From the IMG/VR virus record IMGVR_UViG_3300044272_001842, positions 1-57,464 of that record: a DNA stretch of 57,464 nt; one strand, 5' to 3'. The DNA is from a virus. Its lineage: Duplodnaviria > Caudoviricetes. This document shows, one piece after another, positions 9,661 to 19,629 of the stretch (within the stretch, counting starts at the first letter, position 1; every line of letters starts with the position of its first letter). The position numbers and the translations under genes were made by a program. The notes under the pieces were generated by a model. The model had not been told where the DNA came from, ran no database searches, and was given only the letters and a program-made list of their open reading frames with translations.

Positions 9661-11174
9661 ATATAATAATAGGTCCTCCTGGAACAGGCAAAACTACCTT
9701 TTTGCTAAATAAAGCTGAAGAATATATGCAGAAAGGTGTGCCACCAGATCGTATAGGCTATTTTGGATTTACACGCAGAGCGGCTGAAGAAGCTATGAAT
9801 CGAGCTATTTATAAGTTTAGATTGCACAAGAAAGACTTGCCTTTTTTCCGTACTCTTCACAGTTTAGCTTTTATGCAGATGGGTGTGAATACTTCACAGA
9901 TTATGACATCTGATAAATTTAGTGAAGTAGGTGAGTGGTTAAAGATAGGTGGATTTTTTGGTAATGCGATGAGTGATCAAGGTCCGTATAAAGATTTTGG
10001 ATATGGGGATAAGTTTTTAGAAATTATAAATATAGCACGTATCCAGCAACAACCTTTAAGGTCTGTATATAATGCTTCTACTGTTCCACTTAAAACGGAT
10101 TGGGCTAGGGTTGATTATGTTGATCGTGGTCTAAAAGCATGGAAAGAACACTACAACCTATTTGATTATACAGATATGTTAGAGCAGTTCTGTTATAGAC
10201 AGTTAGCTCCAAAACTAGAGGTTGTTTTTATAGATGAAGCACAAGATTTATCCCCTTTACAATGGTCTATGGTGCATCAATTACAAGCTAATTCCAAGGA
10301 GATGTTTGTAGCTGGAGATGACGACCAAGCCATTTTCCGTTATGCGGGAGCAGATGTAGACTACTTCATAGGGCTCAGTGGTTCCGTTACCGTTCTCGAC
10401 CAAAGTTACAGGATTCCCTCCGATCACCATGCACTTAGTGAGAAAGTTATTCAAAGAGTCGTTAACCGTAGAGCCAAACAATTCAATCCAAGGCAGGATA
10501 AAGGGGGTGTTTTCTGGCATAGACACTCCGAAGAAGTTGATATGTCCCAAAGCGATTGGCTTCTACTGAGTAGAACAACAAGAGGTGCTAGGCAAATAGA
10601 AGAAGAAGTTCGCCGAAGGGGACACCTTTATACTTATAATGGCAGTAAATCTATAGATGGTAAAGTGTTAGAAGCTGTAAGGCTGTGGGAAAATTTACGT
10701 AACGGACAGTCTATGAACGTAGAACAAGTGCGTACTATATATAGCCAGATGCTTATTGGCACTCAAGTAGAGTATGGTCATAAAACTTTTGGTAAAGGGC
10801 AGATTGACCAAAGATATTCGTTACAAGATCTACAAGATTTTCATGGGTTACTTCATAATCTTCCATGGGATGAAGGGTTGGGTAAGATATCTGATAGTGA
10901 TAAAAGGTATATTAAGGCTTGTCTGCGTAAAGGTGAATCACTTACAAAAGAGCCACGTATACGGATATCTACAATACATTCTGCAAAAGGAGCACAGGCA
11001 ACAAATGTTATGATGCTAACAGATACCATGCGTAGATCATACTCTATGTGGCGCAAGTTTGATAACGAGCATTTTGATGAAGCTCGTGTGTTTTATGTTG
11101 GTTTAACGAGAGCATTAGAAAACTTACATCTAATACACCCAATGTTTAGTAGAGGATATCAGATCCCTGCTTAG
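9657..11174 (+). CDS. UvrD/Rep-family SF1 helicase
   Basis: GPPGTGKT, DEAQD, AGDDDQAIF, QSYR, STIHSAKG, YVGLTRA. Confidence 0.92.
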   Translation: MNIIIGPPGTGKTTFLLNKAEEYMQKGVPPDRIGYFGFTRRAAEEAMNRAIYKFRLHKKDLPFFRTLHSLAFMQMGVNTSQIMTSDKFSEVGEWLKIGGFFGNAMSDQGPYKDFGYGDKFLEIINIARIQQQPLRSVYNASTVPLKTDWARVDYVDRGLKAWKEHYNLFDYTDMLEQFCYRQLAPKLEVVFIDEAQDLSPLQWSMVHQLQANSKEMFVAGDDDQAIFRYAGADVDYFIGLSGSVTVLDQSYRIPSDHHALSEKVIQRVVNRRAKQFNPRQDKGGVFWHRHSEEVDMSQSDWLLLSRTTRGARQIEEEVRRRGHLYTYNGSKSIDGKVLEAVRLWENLRNGQSMNVEQVRTIYSQMLIGTQVEYGHKTFGKGQIDQRYSLQDLQDFHGLLHNLPWDEGLGKISDSDKRYIKACLRKGESLTKEPRIRISTIHSAKGAQATNVMMLTDTMRRSYSMWRKFDNEHFDEARVFYVGLTRALENLHLIHPMFSRGYQIPA

Positions 11175-11261
11175 TTGGTCGCTATGAGTATATTTTATTA
11201 TACTTGGTGCGTATCTACAGGCATAATTTAATATAAGTAAATTGCTATAGAAGGAGCACAC

Positions 11262-11531
11262 ATGGAAACAGTAAAATACTTAACAAGAGACTTTATTATA
11301 AAGTTAAACAACAGAGCTATTCAGCGCAATGCTAACCGTACCCTCAAGGCTAGATTTGTTAGTAAACTTCCCGATAATTGTAAATACCCTATTATTGAGC
11401 AGTTATTACACAATGATGTTGAGATGCGTTGCCATATAGCTTACAATGACAAAGGCGATGTTTGTGTACTTGACATACCTTTGTCTGACTATAATAATTT
11501 ACCTACGGTTGACGTAGCTATTAATGCCTAG
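11262..11531 (+). CDS. Hypothetical protein
   Basis: GAAGGAG RBS; 89 aa. Confidence 0.7.
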   Translation: METVKYLTRDFIIKLNNRAIQRNANRTLKARFVSKLPDNCKYPIIEQLLHNDVEMRCHIAYNDKGDVCVLDIPLSDYNNLPTVDVAINA

Positions 11532-11552
11532 TTTTTTAGAAAGGAGAACAAT

Positions 11553-12584
11553 ATGGCACACCAAGTAGAAACAATGGCTTATGCAGGAGAAGTTCCTTGG
11601 CATGGTCTAGGTAAAAAAGTTGAGCACAAACTTACACCAGAGGAGATGCTCAAAGCCGCTGGTCTTGATTGGACAGTTAGCAAACGTCCTGTTTACTATG
11701 CGGACAAACCAAATACATGGGACTTAAATGACCCACGAGGTGAAGCAAAAATGCTTCGTGCTCAAGACGACTACCTTATAGTGCGTGACTCAGATAACCG
11801 TGTGCTATCACATTGTGGCGAAGGTTTTGTACCTTTTCAAAACCATGAGACCATGTCTTTCTTCAAAAAGTTTACCGATGCTGGTCATATGGAGATGGAT
11901 ACTGCTGGTAGCCTTAGTGATGGTGAGCGTGTATGGGGTCTTGCTAAAATTAAAAAAGGTTTTAAGTTAGCAGGAGGCGACGACATTGAAGGTTATTTGT
12001 TAATGGCTAACAGTCACAAGGTTGGCACAGCAATGACCATGATGTTTACACCCATACGAGTTGTATGTAACAACACAATAACTCTAGCTCTGGAGTCAAA
12101 TGGTATTACTGGTAAGTTTAGAGTACTGCACTTACAAATGTTTGATGAGGAAATTATGCAAGCCGCTGAGACTGCACTCGGTATTAGTGGTGAGCAAATG
12201 AAAACATTCCAAGAGCAGTCTGAGTTCCTTGCCAATAAAAGAGCTACTAGAGATCAGGTAGATAATTTTATAGCAGAGTTATTCCAGCCTAAATTACTTA
12301 TCGAGCGTGGCAAAACTAAAGAAGCAGACTTGCCTCCCTTGCATGAGGAGTTTAGTAAAACTTCACAAATGGTATTAGAAGCTATTGAAACATCTCCTGG
12401 ACATAGCAAAGCTTCTGCCAAAGGCACTTGGTGGGGAGCACTCAATGGTGTGACATATGTTATGGATCACCAAAAACGTGCAAAGAGTCGTGACCACGCA
12501 CTTAACTCCGCATGGTTTGGTACAGGTGCTACGACTAAACGTAAGGCTATGACCAAAGCTCTTGAGTTTGCTAAAGTATCATAA
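11553..12584 (+). CDS. DUF932-family phage/plasmid protein
   Basis: MAHQVETMAYAGEVPWHGLG, AGLDWTV, TAGSL, TPIRVVCNNT, GTWWGALNGVT. Confidence 0.85.
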   Translation: MAHQVETMAYAGEVPWHGLGKKVEHKLTPEEMLKAAGLDWTVSKRPVYYADKPNTWDLNDPRGEAKMLRAQDDYLIVRDSDNRVLSHCGEGFVPFQNHETMSFFKKFTDAGHMEMDTAGSLSDGERVWGLAKIKKGFKLAGGDDIEGYLLMANSHKVGTAMTMMFTPIRVVCNNTITLALESNGITGKFRVLHLQMFDEEIMQAAETALGISGEQMKTFQEQSEFLANKRATRDQVDNFIAELFQPKLLIERGKTKEADLPPLHEEFSKTSQMVLEAIETSPGHSKASAKGTWWGALNGVTYVMDHQKRAKSRDHALNSAWFGTGATTKRKAMTKALEFAKVS

Positions 12585-12607
12585 GAGCAAGTAATACTTT
12601 ATAAAGT

Positions 12608-12636
12608 TCCCTACATAGGCTATGCTTATGTAGGGA
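12608..12636 (+). other. Intergenic stem-loop
   Basis: TCCCTACATAGGC-TAT-GCTTATGTAGGGA; no T tract. Confidence 0.6.
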
Positions 12637-12659
12637 GTAGTTCATAGAGAGGAACAATC

Positions 12660-13322
12660 ATGCCACAAAATAAAACATATGTCGTATTAGAAAACGACAA
12701 CACTTCTAGTAGGAATGAAGCTTATAGCTTTTTTAAATTTCCTTCGTTACGTGACACCAAAAAATGCGATGAGATCAATGAGCGTAGTTTAGTGTTTTCT
12801 ACTGTAGAGCAGTTAACAGAACATTATAGTGAAAAAGAGTTAATTTCCATAATGGATGCCACCTATAAAAAAGATGTTAAAGAAGCTTTAGAGCAAGAGT
12901 CATTAAACACTATTCGTAAAATAGGAACACATAGTACGTTCTTTAATTTTGTAGATCTTGTTGCTCGTAATTATAAACCCATCAGTAAGGAGAAACCAAT
13001 GACTGATAAAACTATAGTACATATCGATCAATTTAATAATAAAACGCAAAAACATGAAGCTAGTAAGTCACCTATTAAAAAGTCGCAGTACAATCCTGAT
13101 GCTAAAATACTTGCAGTTAATGGTGAGTCGGGAGTTTATGTAAACCCCTATCGGTCAGGTAGTAATAGATGGCATAACTTTGAAGCCCTTATAAATTCTG
13201 GCACAGTTGGTGAAGCACTAGTGGCTATGAAAAAACTAGTTCCAGGAGGTAATAGTGTAGACATTAAGTTAGCACTACAACGTGGAGCTATAGAGTTGGA
13301 GGAGCCTAGTAATGGAAAATAA
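12660..13322 (+). CDS. Hypothetical protein
   Basis: 220-aa ORF with AGAGGA RBS. Confidence 0.7.
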   Translation: MPQNKTYVVLENDNTSSRNEAYSFFKFPSLRDTKKCDEINERSLVFSTVEQLTEHYSEKELISIMDATYKKDVKEALEQESLNTIRKIGTHSTFFNFVDLVARNYKPISKEKPMTDKTIVHIDQFNNKTQKHEASKSPIKKSQYNPDAKILAVNGESGVYVNPYRSGSNRWHNFEALINSGTVGEALVAMKKLVPGGNSVDIKLALQRGAIELEEPSNGK

Positions 13323-13512
13323 AACAGAAAGTAAAATCAAAGATTGCGTTATATGTGGTGATAAGATAGAGCCACACGTAGATAAATACGGTAATCCATA
13401 TTGGTATGATGGGCATAATGCAGAGCCTGTAGCAGAAGGGAGATGTTGTAATACTTGTAATGAGTATGATGTAATCCCAGCTCGTATAATGGCTATGATA
13501 GGACATCATTAA
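13312..13512 (+). CDS. Small Cys-rich (zinc-binding) protein
   Basis: CVIC...GHNAEPV..GRCCNTCN; GGAGGAG RBS. Confidence 0.7.
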   Translation: MENKTESKIKDCVICGDKIEPHVDKYGNPYWYDGHNAEPVAEGRCCNTCNEYDVIPARIMAMIGHH

Positions 13513-13513
13513 A

Positions 13514-14407
13514 ATGTTAGTAGAAAGTTTTTATAGCTGGATAAACGAACGGCATAATATATATTTACAAAGAGTGGAGGGGCTACCAGCACCGTGGACT
13601 GATGATCCTATATTAAAAGAGTATAAGTTTACTAATCCTTTCCGTGAAAACGATAGGGTAACTGTTTGGATGCGTAAAAATTGGACTGATGTACATAATA
13701 ATGCTCCTCATGGTGAAATTATATTTAATTGTTGTTTATTCCGCATGACTGGCACAAGCGAGTTTGCTGAAGAGCATGGTTGGGTATATGAAAATGAAGG
13801 CTGGGATGCTGAGCGCACTAAAGAAATAATAGAGCGTCGGTTAGCAAAAGGTTTACGAACTTTTACGGGAGCATATATAATTACTAATCAAGGTGTAAAA
13901 GCAAGAAAATCTGAGGTTGTAGTTGATAATTTTCTTAAGCCGATCTGGGAAAATAAGGACAAGGTGGCGGAAGTTGCTTGCCAAACCAATTCGCTCAAAA
14001 AAACCCACGAGGAGATGGCTAGGTATCGAGGGTGGGGAGGAGGAGGTTTTATGTCTTACGAAGTCGTTTCCGACCTCAACTACACACCTGTACTGGACAA
14101 GGCAGAAGACCGTTTTAGTTGGGCAAATGCAGGTCCAGGAGCAAAACGAGGATTAAATAGGATACATGGTAGAGACCTTAAAAAAGTTTTGCCGCAAGAT
14201 CAAGCAAACTTAGAGATGCATCATTTACTTAAATTAGCACCTCAACATATAGCAGACCATGTACCGCTCAAACAAGTAGATATGCGATGCATAGAGCATA
14301 GCTTATGTGAGTGGGATAAATACCAACGAGTATTTCTTAAGCAAGGTAGACCTAGAAGTAGGTTTACATTTACAGAAATTGTAGTGCCAGAAGGGAGAGT
14401 AATATAA
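13514..14407 (+). CDS. aGPT-Pplase1-type (HMUDK helical domain family) DNA base-modification enzyme
   Basis: ERHNIY...PWTDDPILKEYKFTNPFRENDRVT, FTGAYII, HhH-like GWGGGGFMSYEVVSDL, GPGAKRGL, IEHSLCEWDKY. Confidence 0.75.
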   Translation: MLVESFYSWINERHNIYLQRVEGLPAPWTDDPILKEYKFTNPFRENDRVTVWMRKNWTDVHNNAPHGEIIFNCCLFRMTGTSEFAEEHGWVYENEGWDAERTKEIIERRLAKGLRTFTGAYIITNQGVKARKSEVVVDNFLKPIWENKDKVAEVACQTNSLKKTHEEMARYRGWGGGGFMSYEVVSDLNYTPVLDKAEDRFSWANAGPGAKRGLNRIHGRDLKKVLPQDQANLEMHHLLKLAPQHIADHVPLKQVDMRCIEHSLCEWDKYQRVFLKQGRPRSRFTFTEIVVPEGRVI

Positions 14408-15192
14408 TGATACCTATTTATATACCTACTAGGGGAAGAATAAACAAACAAACCACATGGGAAAGTATAGGCTCAAAAGCTAGATCAATGGCTGTGTTAG
14501 TTTGCCCAGATAATGAAGTATCTACACATGAAAGTTATGGCAGGAAGACATTGAGCCGAGGTGATATAACAGGTATAAATAATGCACGACAGTTTATACT
14601 AAAACATGCGTTGGAGAACGAACATGATAAAATTATTATTTTGGATGACGATCTTATATTTGGTCGTCGCATATCTGACGTAGCACCTAGTCTACGTAAA
14701 ACCAAACCAGAAGAAATGCATGAGCTATTTGATATTATGAGTGAACGTTTAGATTCATATGTGCATGTTGGTGTAAGCCCAAGACAAATGAATGATAAAC
14801 ATTTTCCTGCTCGTTGGAAGGAATGTATGAGGCAAAATGCTGTTCATGGTATTCAACCAAAAGTATTAAAAAAGGAACATCTACGTTATGACACAGTAGA
14901 CCTCATGGAAGATTATTATATGACACTCAGTTTATTTAAACTAGGCTATCCTAATATTATGATTACTGACTGGACGTGGGATCAACGTGGTACATCAGGT
15001 GCTGTAGGAGGCTGTAGTTCGTACCGTAATGCTGAACTACAAGAACGTGCAAGTAAACAACTTGAAGCTATGTTTCCAGAACATGTGAAGGCTGTTAAAA
15101 AAGAAACTAAAACAGGTTGGGATAATATGAAAGTACGTTGGGATGTACGTGTACAATGGCGAAAGGCGGCAATGGATGGAAACTGTATCTAA
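14407..15192 (+). CDS. GT-A glycosyltransferase (TET-associated / base J glucosyltransferase-like family)
   Basis: IYIPTRGR N-terminus, IIILDDDL (DxD), MEDYYMTL, GGCS. Confidence 0.75.
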   Translation: MIPIYIPTRGRINKQTTWESIGSKARSMAVLVCPDNEVSTHESYGRKTLSRGDITGINNARQFILKHALENEHDKIIILDDDLIFGRRISDVAPSLRKTKPEEMHELFDIMSERLDSYVHVGVSPRQMNDKHFPARWKECMRQNAVHGIQPKVLKKEHLRYDTVDLMEDYYMTLSLFKLGYPNIMITDWTWDQRGTSGAVGGCSSYRNAELQERASKQLEAMFPEHVKAVKKETKTGWDNMKVRWDVRVQWRKAAMDGNCI

Positions 15193-16177
15193 TAACTATC
15201 AAGACCCACCTAACTCTATACAAGTAGAATTTGTTGAGGGCTGTAATTTAGCTTGTTCTTTTTGTGGTATACAGGCGATACGTGATAATGGTGCTGATGG
15301 TCCGAACGATATACACGGTAAAAAGTCTGGTCCATATAAAAACCTGACTATACAAACAGCCGAAGCTATTTGTGACCAAATCAGGGAGGCTAACTGGAAT
15401 CCTCGTATTGAGTTTGCCATGCACGGTGAGCCAACTATGCACCCTTTCTTCGTTGAGATGGTAGGCTTGTTTAGAAAAAAGTTACCAAAAACCTCTCTTA
15501 TGATGACGAGTAATGGAGGAGGGTTGTTAAAAGATACTGAGGAAACAGTCAATAAACTAATGGACGCAGGAATCAATGTTTTGTTTTTAGATAATTATGA
15601 ACGTATAAAAATAGTTGATAAAATTAAAGAACGGTACAATGGTCCGCACCCTGTTTACGAATACCCTAGTGATCGCCAAGCTAACCCACACCGTAGAAGA
15701 AGACATGATGATCATGATATAGTAGTTGGTATGGATCTTACACTCGCAACAAATGGCACTCATGCACAAGTAAGCAATCATGCTGGATCTGCTTTCCCAC
15801 TAAATTATAACCAATCAGGTAAACGATGTGCAAAACCTTTCCGTGAGTTAAGTATACGTTGGGATGGTAGTGTGGCTGTATGTTGTAACGATTGGATTGG
15901 ATGGTATAAGTGTGGTAATTTACATCAAACAAATTTATCGGATATATGGCAAGGTGATGCTTTCCATGCCGCACGTCAAAAATTGTATCACGGACAACGC
16001 AACTTCGGTCCGTGTAACGGTTGTGACAATGTAACACTTCGTAACGGTTTGTTACCAGACCGTATGGGTAGACAAAGTTTACCTGAGCCAGATGCACAAA
16101 CAGAAGAACATATACAAAAAGCTCTTGGCAATGGCACGTATACACCCAAAGTCAAAAAGCATTTTGACTTTATTTAA
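15176..16177 (+). CDS. Radical SAM enzyme with C-terminal SPASM/twitch domain
   Basis: CNLACSFC (CX3CX2C), HGEPTMHP, TSNG, CAKPF...DGSVAVCCND...GNL...PCNGC; likely start METVSN at 15176. Confidence 0.9.
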   Translation: METVSNNYQDPPNSIQVEFVEGCNLACSFCGIQAIRDNGADGPNDIHGKKSGPYKNLTIQTAEAICDQIREANWNPRIEFAMHGEPTMHPFFVEMVGLFRKKLPKTSLMMTSNGGGLLKDTEETVNKLMDAGINVLFLDNYERIKIVDKIKERYNGPHPVYEYPSDRQANPHRRRRHDDHDIVVGMDLTLATNGTHAQVSNHAGSAFPLNYNQSGKRCAKPFRELSIRWDGSVAVCCNDWIGWYKCGNLHQTNLSDIWQGDAFHAARQKLYHGQRNFGPCNGCDNVTLRNGLLPDRMGRQSLPEPDAQTEEHIQKALGNGTYTPKVKKHFDFI

Positions 16178-16234
16178 ACACCATACAGCCACTAGACGCT
16201 TGCTTTTAGTAGTTGTACACGTAATAATAAACTC

Positions 16235-16250
16235 AGCCGCTCGAGCGGCT
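16235..16250. promoter_or_regulatory. Perfect 16-bp palindrome just downstream of a sigma70-like promoter
   Basis: AGCCGCTCGAGCGGCT; TTGCTT at 16200 and an AT-rich -10-like box upstream. Confidence 0.55.
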
Positions 16251-16278
16251 TTAAAACCACATAGAAAGGCGGTAAAAA

Positions 16279-17283
16279 ATGGCAACATTTAATAGCACTA
16301 TTGTGAGGGGTGCTCATACTATCACAGCTAGAAATGTCAGTGATGCTCTCTGGCTTGCAAAACAAAAATTAGAAAATAGTGGTACAAAGGTTGAAACAAG
16401 AAATGGTAGGGCTATTGAGTTAAGAGAGCCTATAGCTATTGTATATAATCAACCTATGGAGCGAGTATTATTCTACCCTGAACGTGATGCTAACCCTATT
16501 TTCCATTTTATGGAAAGCTTATGGATGTTAGCAGGACGGCATGATGTTGAGTGGATTGCTAAGTTCAACAAACGTATGGCAGAGTATAGTGATAACGGTA
16601 AACAACTTCAAGGTGCGTATGGCTATAGATGGCGCAAATACTTTCATACCGATCAGTTAGTAAAAGTAATTTATAGGCTACGCACATACGAAAATGATAG
16701 ACGAACTGTTTTAACAATGTGGGATGCTGAGGAAGATTTGCGGTTGGATAATGATTGTAAAGATCATCCTTGTAACACTCATATATATTTTAGTATCCGT
16801 GATAGAACATTAGATATGACAGTATGCAATCGTAGTAATGATATGATATGGGGAGCGATGGGTGCTAATGCTGTGCATATGTCAATCTTACAAGAGTATG
16901 TAGCCGCTAGAGTCAATGCCAAAGTAGGTATCTATACTCAGTTTAGTAATAATCTACATGCCTATTTAGACACCCTCAAAACTTTAAAAAATATGCAACC
17001 TGATTATAATTCTTATGGGTCACGTGGTATTTATCCTTCACGCATCGTAACTAGAGCAACTTCCTTTATAGAAGAGCTAGAGTTGTTTATGGAAGACCCC
17101 ATGAAAAAACATCCATATAGCAATAAAATATTTCCAGAGTTAGCTCAACCTATGTGTAGAGTTTGGGAAGCTTGGAAACAAAAAGAAATATTTTTAGCAT
17201 TAGATTTATGTAAAGAAATAGTTCCTGATGATTGGCATATAGCTGTACATGAGTGGTTAGAAAGAAGAGTGAACAATGGATAA
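16279..17283 (+). CDS. Thymidylate-synthase-fold enzyme, probable dUMP hydroxymethylase
   Basis: RDANPIFHFMESLWMLAG, GAYGYRWR, catalytic PCN, RSNDMIWGAMGAN (Asn at the uracil-specificity position), NNLHAY. Confidence 0.82.
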   Translation: MATFNSTIVRGAHTITARNVSDALWLAKQKLENSGTKVETRNGRAIELREPIAIVYNQPMERVLFYPERDANPIFHFMESLWMLAGRHDVEWIAKFNKRMAEYSDNGKQLQGAYGYRWRKYFHTDQLVKVIYRLRTYENDRRTVLTMWDAEEDLRLDNDCKDHPCNTHIYFSIRDRTLDMTVCNRSNDMIWGAMGANAVHMSILQEYVAARVNAKVGIYTQFSNNLHAYLDTLKTLKNMQPDYNSYGSRGIYPSRIVTRATSFIEELELFMEDPMKKHPYSNKIFPELAQPMCRVWEAWKQKEIFLALDLCKEIVPDDWHIAVHEWLERRVNNG

Positions 17284-17581
17284 AAAGTATAGTGATATTA
17301 TAGAAAAGGTAAAACAATTATCGTATGAGGATGTGTTTGGTTTAGATGAAGCTGAAAAAAGTTATGGTGATAGTTGGAAGCAACGTGGCGGTGTAGGTGC
17401 ATTTATGATGTTAGCACGTAAATGGGATCGCCTTGAAAAACAAGTAGAACAACAAAACTATGATGTTTTTAAAGCGGCTGAACTAGACATGCGGGATGAG
17501 GGTATCCTTGATGATTTAAAGGATTTACGTAGGTATTTATTTTTAGTAGAGGCTGAGATACGTATGCGTAATGGAAAGTAA
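17276..17581 (+). CDS. Nmad1/DUF1599-like all-alpha nucleotide-modification-associated protein
   Basis: YGDSWK...RKWDRLE...ILDDLKDLRRY pattern; adjacent to the TS-fold gene. Confidence 0.65.
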   Translation: MDKKYSDIIEKVKQLSYEDVFGLDEAEKSYGDSWKQRGGVGAFMMLARKWDRLEKQVEQQNYDVFKAAELDMRDEGILDDLKDLRRYLFLVEAEIRMRNGK

Positions 17582-17741
17582 ACTTGATAAAACTGTCGTA
17601 GCACAATGCGAATGTTTAAGAGATAAAAAAGTATTGACATTTAGGCAACTCAAAAATAAGTGGCCGATCTGTCGTTACTGTAATCAACCAATGAAAGTAA
17701 AGGCAGATGATGCAGTTCCCCTTGTTCACACCACCGACTGA
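17571..17741 (+). CDS. 56-aa putative zinc-ribbon protein (not in ORF track)
   Basis: MESKLDK...CEC...WPICRYC; fills the gap between Nmad1 and polA, overlapping both. Confidence 0.55.
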   Translation: MESKLDKTVVAQCECLRDKKVLTFRQLKNKWPICRYCNQPMKVKADDAVPLVHTTD

Positions 17742-19629
17742 GTGGGTAATGCCAGATGGCTACCCTGATATATCGGAAGCACGTGAAGTAGCCATAGACC
17801 TTGAAACAAGAGACCCTAACCTTAAATCTCTAGGGAGTGGGTGGGCTAGGAAAGATGGTCACGTGATTGGTATAGCTGTAGCAGTAGAAGGTAGTTCATG
17901 GTACTTCCCCATACGACATGAAAACGGCAGTAATTTAGATGCAAAGCAAACACTTCGGTGGCTTGCTTCTGTCTGTTCTGTAGAACGAGATTACATAATG
18001 CACAATGCAATGTACGACCTCGGATGGTTATGGGCAGAAAACATAGAAGTAAAAGGTCGTGTTGTTGATACTATGATTGTTGGTGCATTGCTTGATGAAA
18101 ACAGATTTAGTTACGCATTGAATGCACTTGGTAAAGATTATTTAAATGAACGTAAGAGTGAAAAAGAGTTATATGAAGCCGCAGAATCATTTGGGGTAAA
18201 TGCTAAGTCAGAAATGTGGAAGCTCCCTGCACATTTTGTCGGTCAATATGCTGAGCAAGATGCGGCATTGACACTTAGATTATGGAATAATTTCAAAGGC
18301 TTAATCGTTAAAGAAGATATAGCTAACATATTTGATTTAGAAATAAATGTTCTTAAAGTGGTTTTTGAAATGCGTAAGAAAGGAGTGCGTGTAGATATAG
18401 CTAAAGCTGAGGAACTAAAAGAACAATTAGAAAAACAAGAGCAAGAAGTATTGTCCGCTGTTGGTGGTGGTGATATAGATATATGGGCGGCATCAAGTAT
18501 AGCTAAAGCATTTGATAAACAGGGGTTACGATATCCAAAAACAGAAAAAACTAAAGCTCCTAGTTTTACTAAAAACTTTCTGGCTAATCATGAACATGCT
18601 CTTCCAAAAGCAGTAGTAAGAGCTCGTGAACTTAATAAAGCACGTACGACTTTTATAGATACTATACTAAAACACAATCATAATGGGCGCATACATGCTG
18701 AAGCACATAGCCTCCGTAGTGATGAAGGTGGCACAGTCACAGGTCGTTTTAGTTATAGTAACCCGAACTTACAGCAAGTTCCCGCTCGTAATGCTGAAAT
18801 AGGTCCAATGATTCGCGGATTGTTTTTACCAGAACAAGGTGAGTTGTGGGGTGCATTTGATTACAGTAGCCAAGAACCACGACTTGTTGTTCATTATGCG
18901 AGTTTGTTAAAGTTAGATGGCGCACAAGCTTTTGCTGATCAATATAATATAGATGCTAACACAGACTTTCATCAGATGGCGGCTGATATAGTGGGTGTAC
19001 CTCGTAAACAAGCTAAAGATATAAACTTAGGATTATTCTATGGCATGGGTAAGAACAAACTCGCAGAGCAGTTAGGTTTAGATTATGAAGATGCTAAAGA
19101 ACTATTTGCAGAGTATCATGGAAAAGTACCCTTTGTCCAACAACTCTCTGAGTATGTAGTAAATCGTGCTTCTAAAAAAGGAGCTATACGCACTCTGTTA
19201 GGTAGGCGATGTAGGTTTGATAAGTGGGAACCAAATGCTTATGGAACTTATAAACCCATGAGTCATGCTGATGCACTAGCAGAACATGGTCCAGCTATCA
19301 AACGTGCTTTCACTTATAAAGCTTTGAATAGATTAATACAGGGTAGTGCGGCTGATCAAACAAAAGCCGCTATGGTCGCATTGTATAAGGAAGGCATTAC
19401 ACCACTGATACAAGTTCATGATGAGTTAGATATATCTGTGGCTGAGCCAGAGCTGGGTAAGAAAATACAAGAAATTATGGAAACGTGTGTGGATATGCAG
19501 ATACCTAGTATTGTTGATGCAGAGTTTGGTCCAAGCTGGGGTGAAGCAAAAAAGACATTTAGTGATAAACCTTGGAGTAGAGGAGTAAAAGATGGCAGAA
19601 CAAAAATGCAAGACAACACCAAACATTAA
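17707..19629 (+). CDS. polA: Family A DNA polymerase with 3'-5' exonuclease
   Basis: Exo motifs DLET, HNAMYD, YAEQD; TGRFS, PNLQQ, DYSSQEPR (A), RKQAKDINLGLFYG (B, Leu at the 762-equivalent), QVHDEL (C). Confidence 0.96.
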   Translation: MMQFPLFTPPTEWVMPDGYPDISEAREVAIDLETRDPNLKSLGSGWARKDGHVIGIAVAVEGSSWYFPIRHENGSNLDAKQTLRWLASVCSVERDYIMHNAMYDLGWLWAENIEVKGRVVDTMIVGALLDENRFSYALNALGKDYLNERKSEKELYEAAESFGVNAKSEMWKLPAHFVGQYAEQDAALTLRLWNNFKGLIVKEDIANIFDLEINVLKVVFEMRKKGVRVDIAKAEELKEQLEKQEQEVLSAVGGGDIDIWAASSIAKAFDKQGLRYPKTEKTKAPSFTKNFLANHEHALPKAVVRARELNKARTTFIDTILKHNHNGRIHAEAHSLRSDEGGTVTGRFSYSNPNLQQVPARNAEIGPMIRGLFLPEQGELWGAFDYSSQEPRLVVHYASLLKLDGAQAFADQYNIDANTDFHQMAADIVGVPRKQAKDINLGLFYGMGKNKLAEQLGLDYEDAKELFAEYHGKVPFVQQLSEYVVNRASKKGAIRTLLGRRCRFDKWEPNAYGTYKPMSHADALAEHGPAIKRAFTYKALNRLIQGSAADQTKAAMVALYKEGITPLIQVHDELDISVAEPELGKKIQEIMETCVDMQIPSIVDAEFGPSWGEAKKTFSDKPWSRGVKDGRTKMQDNTKH

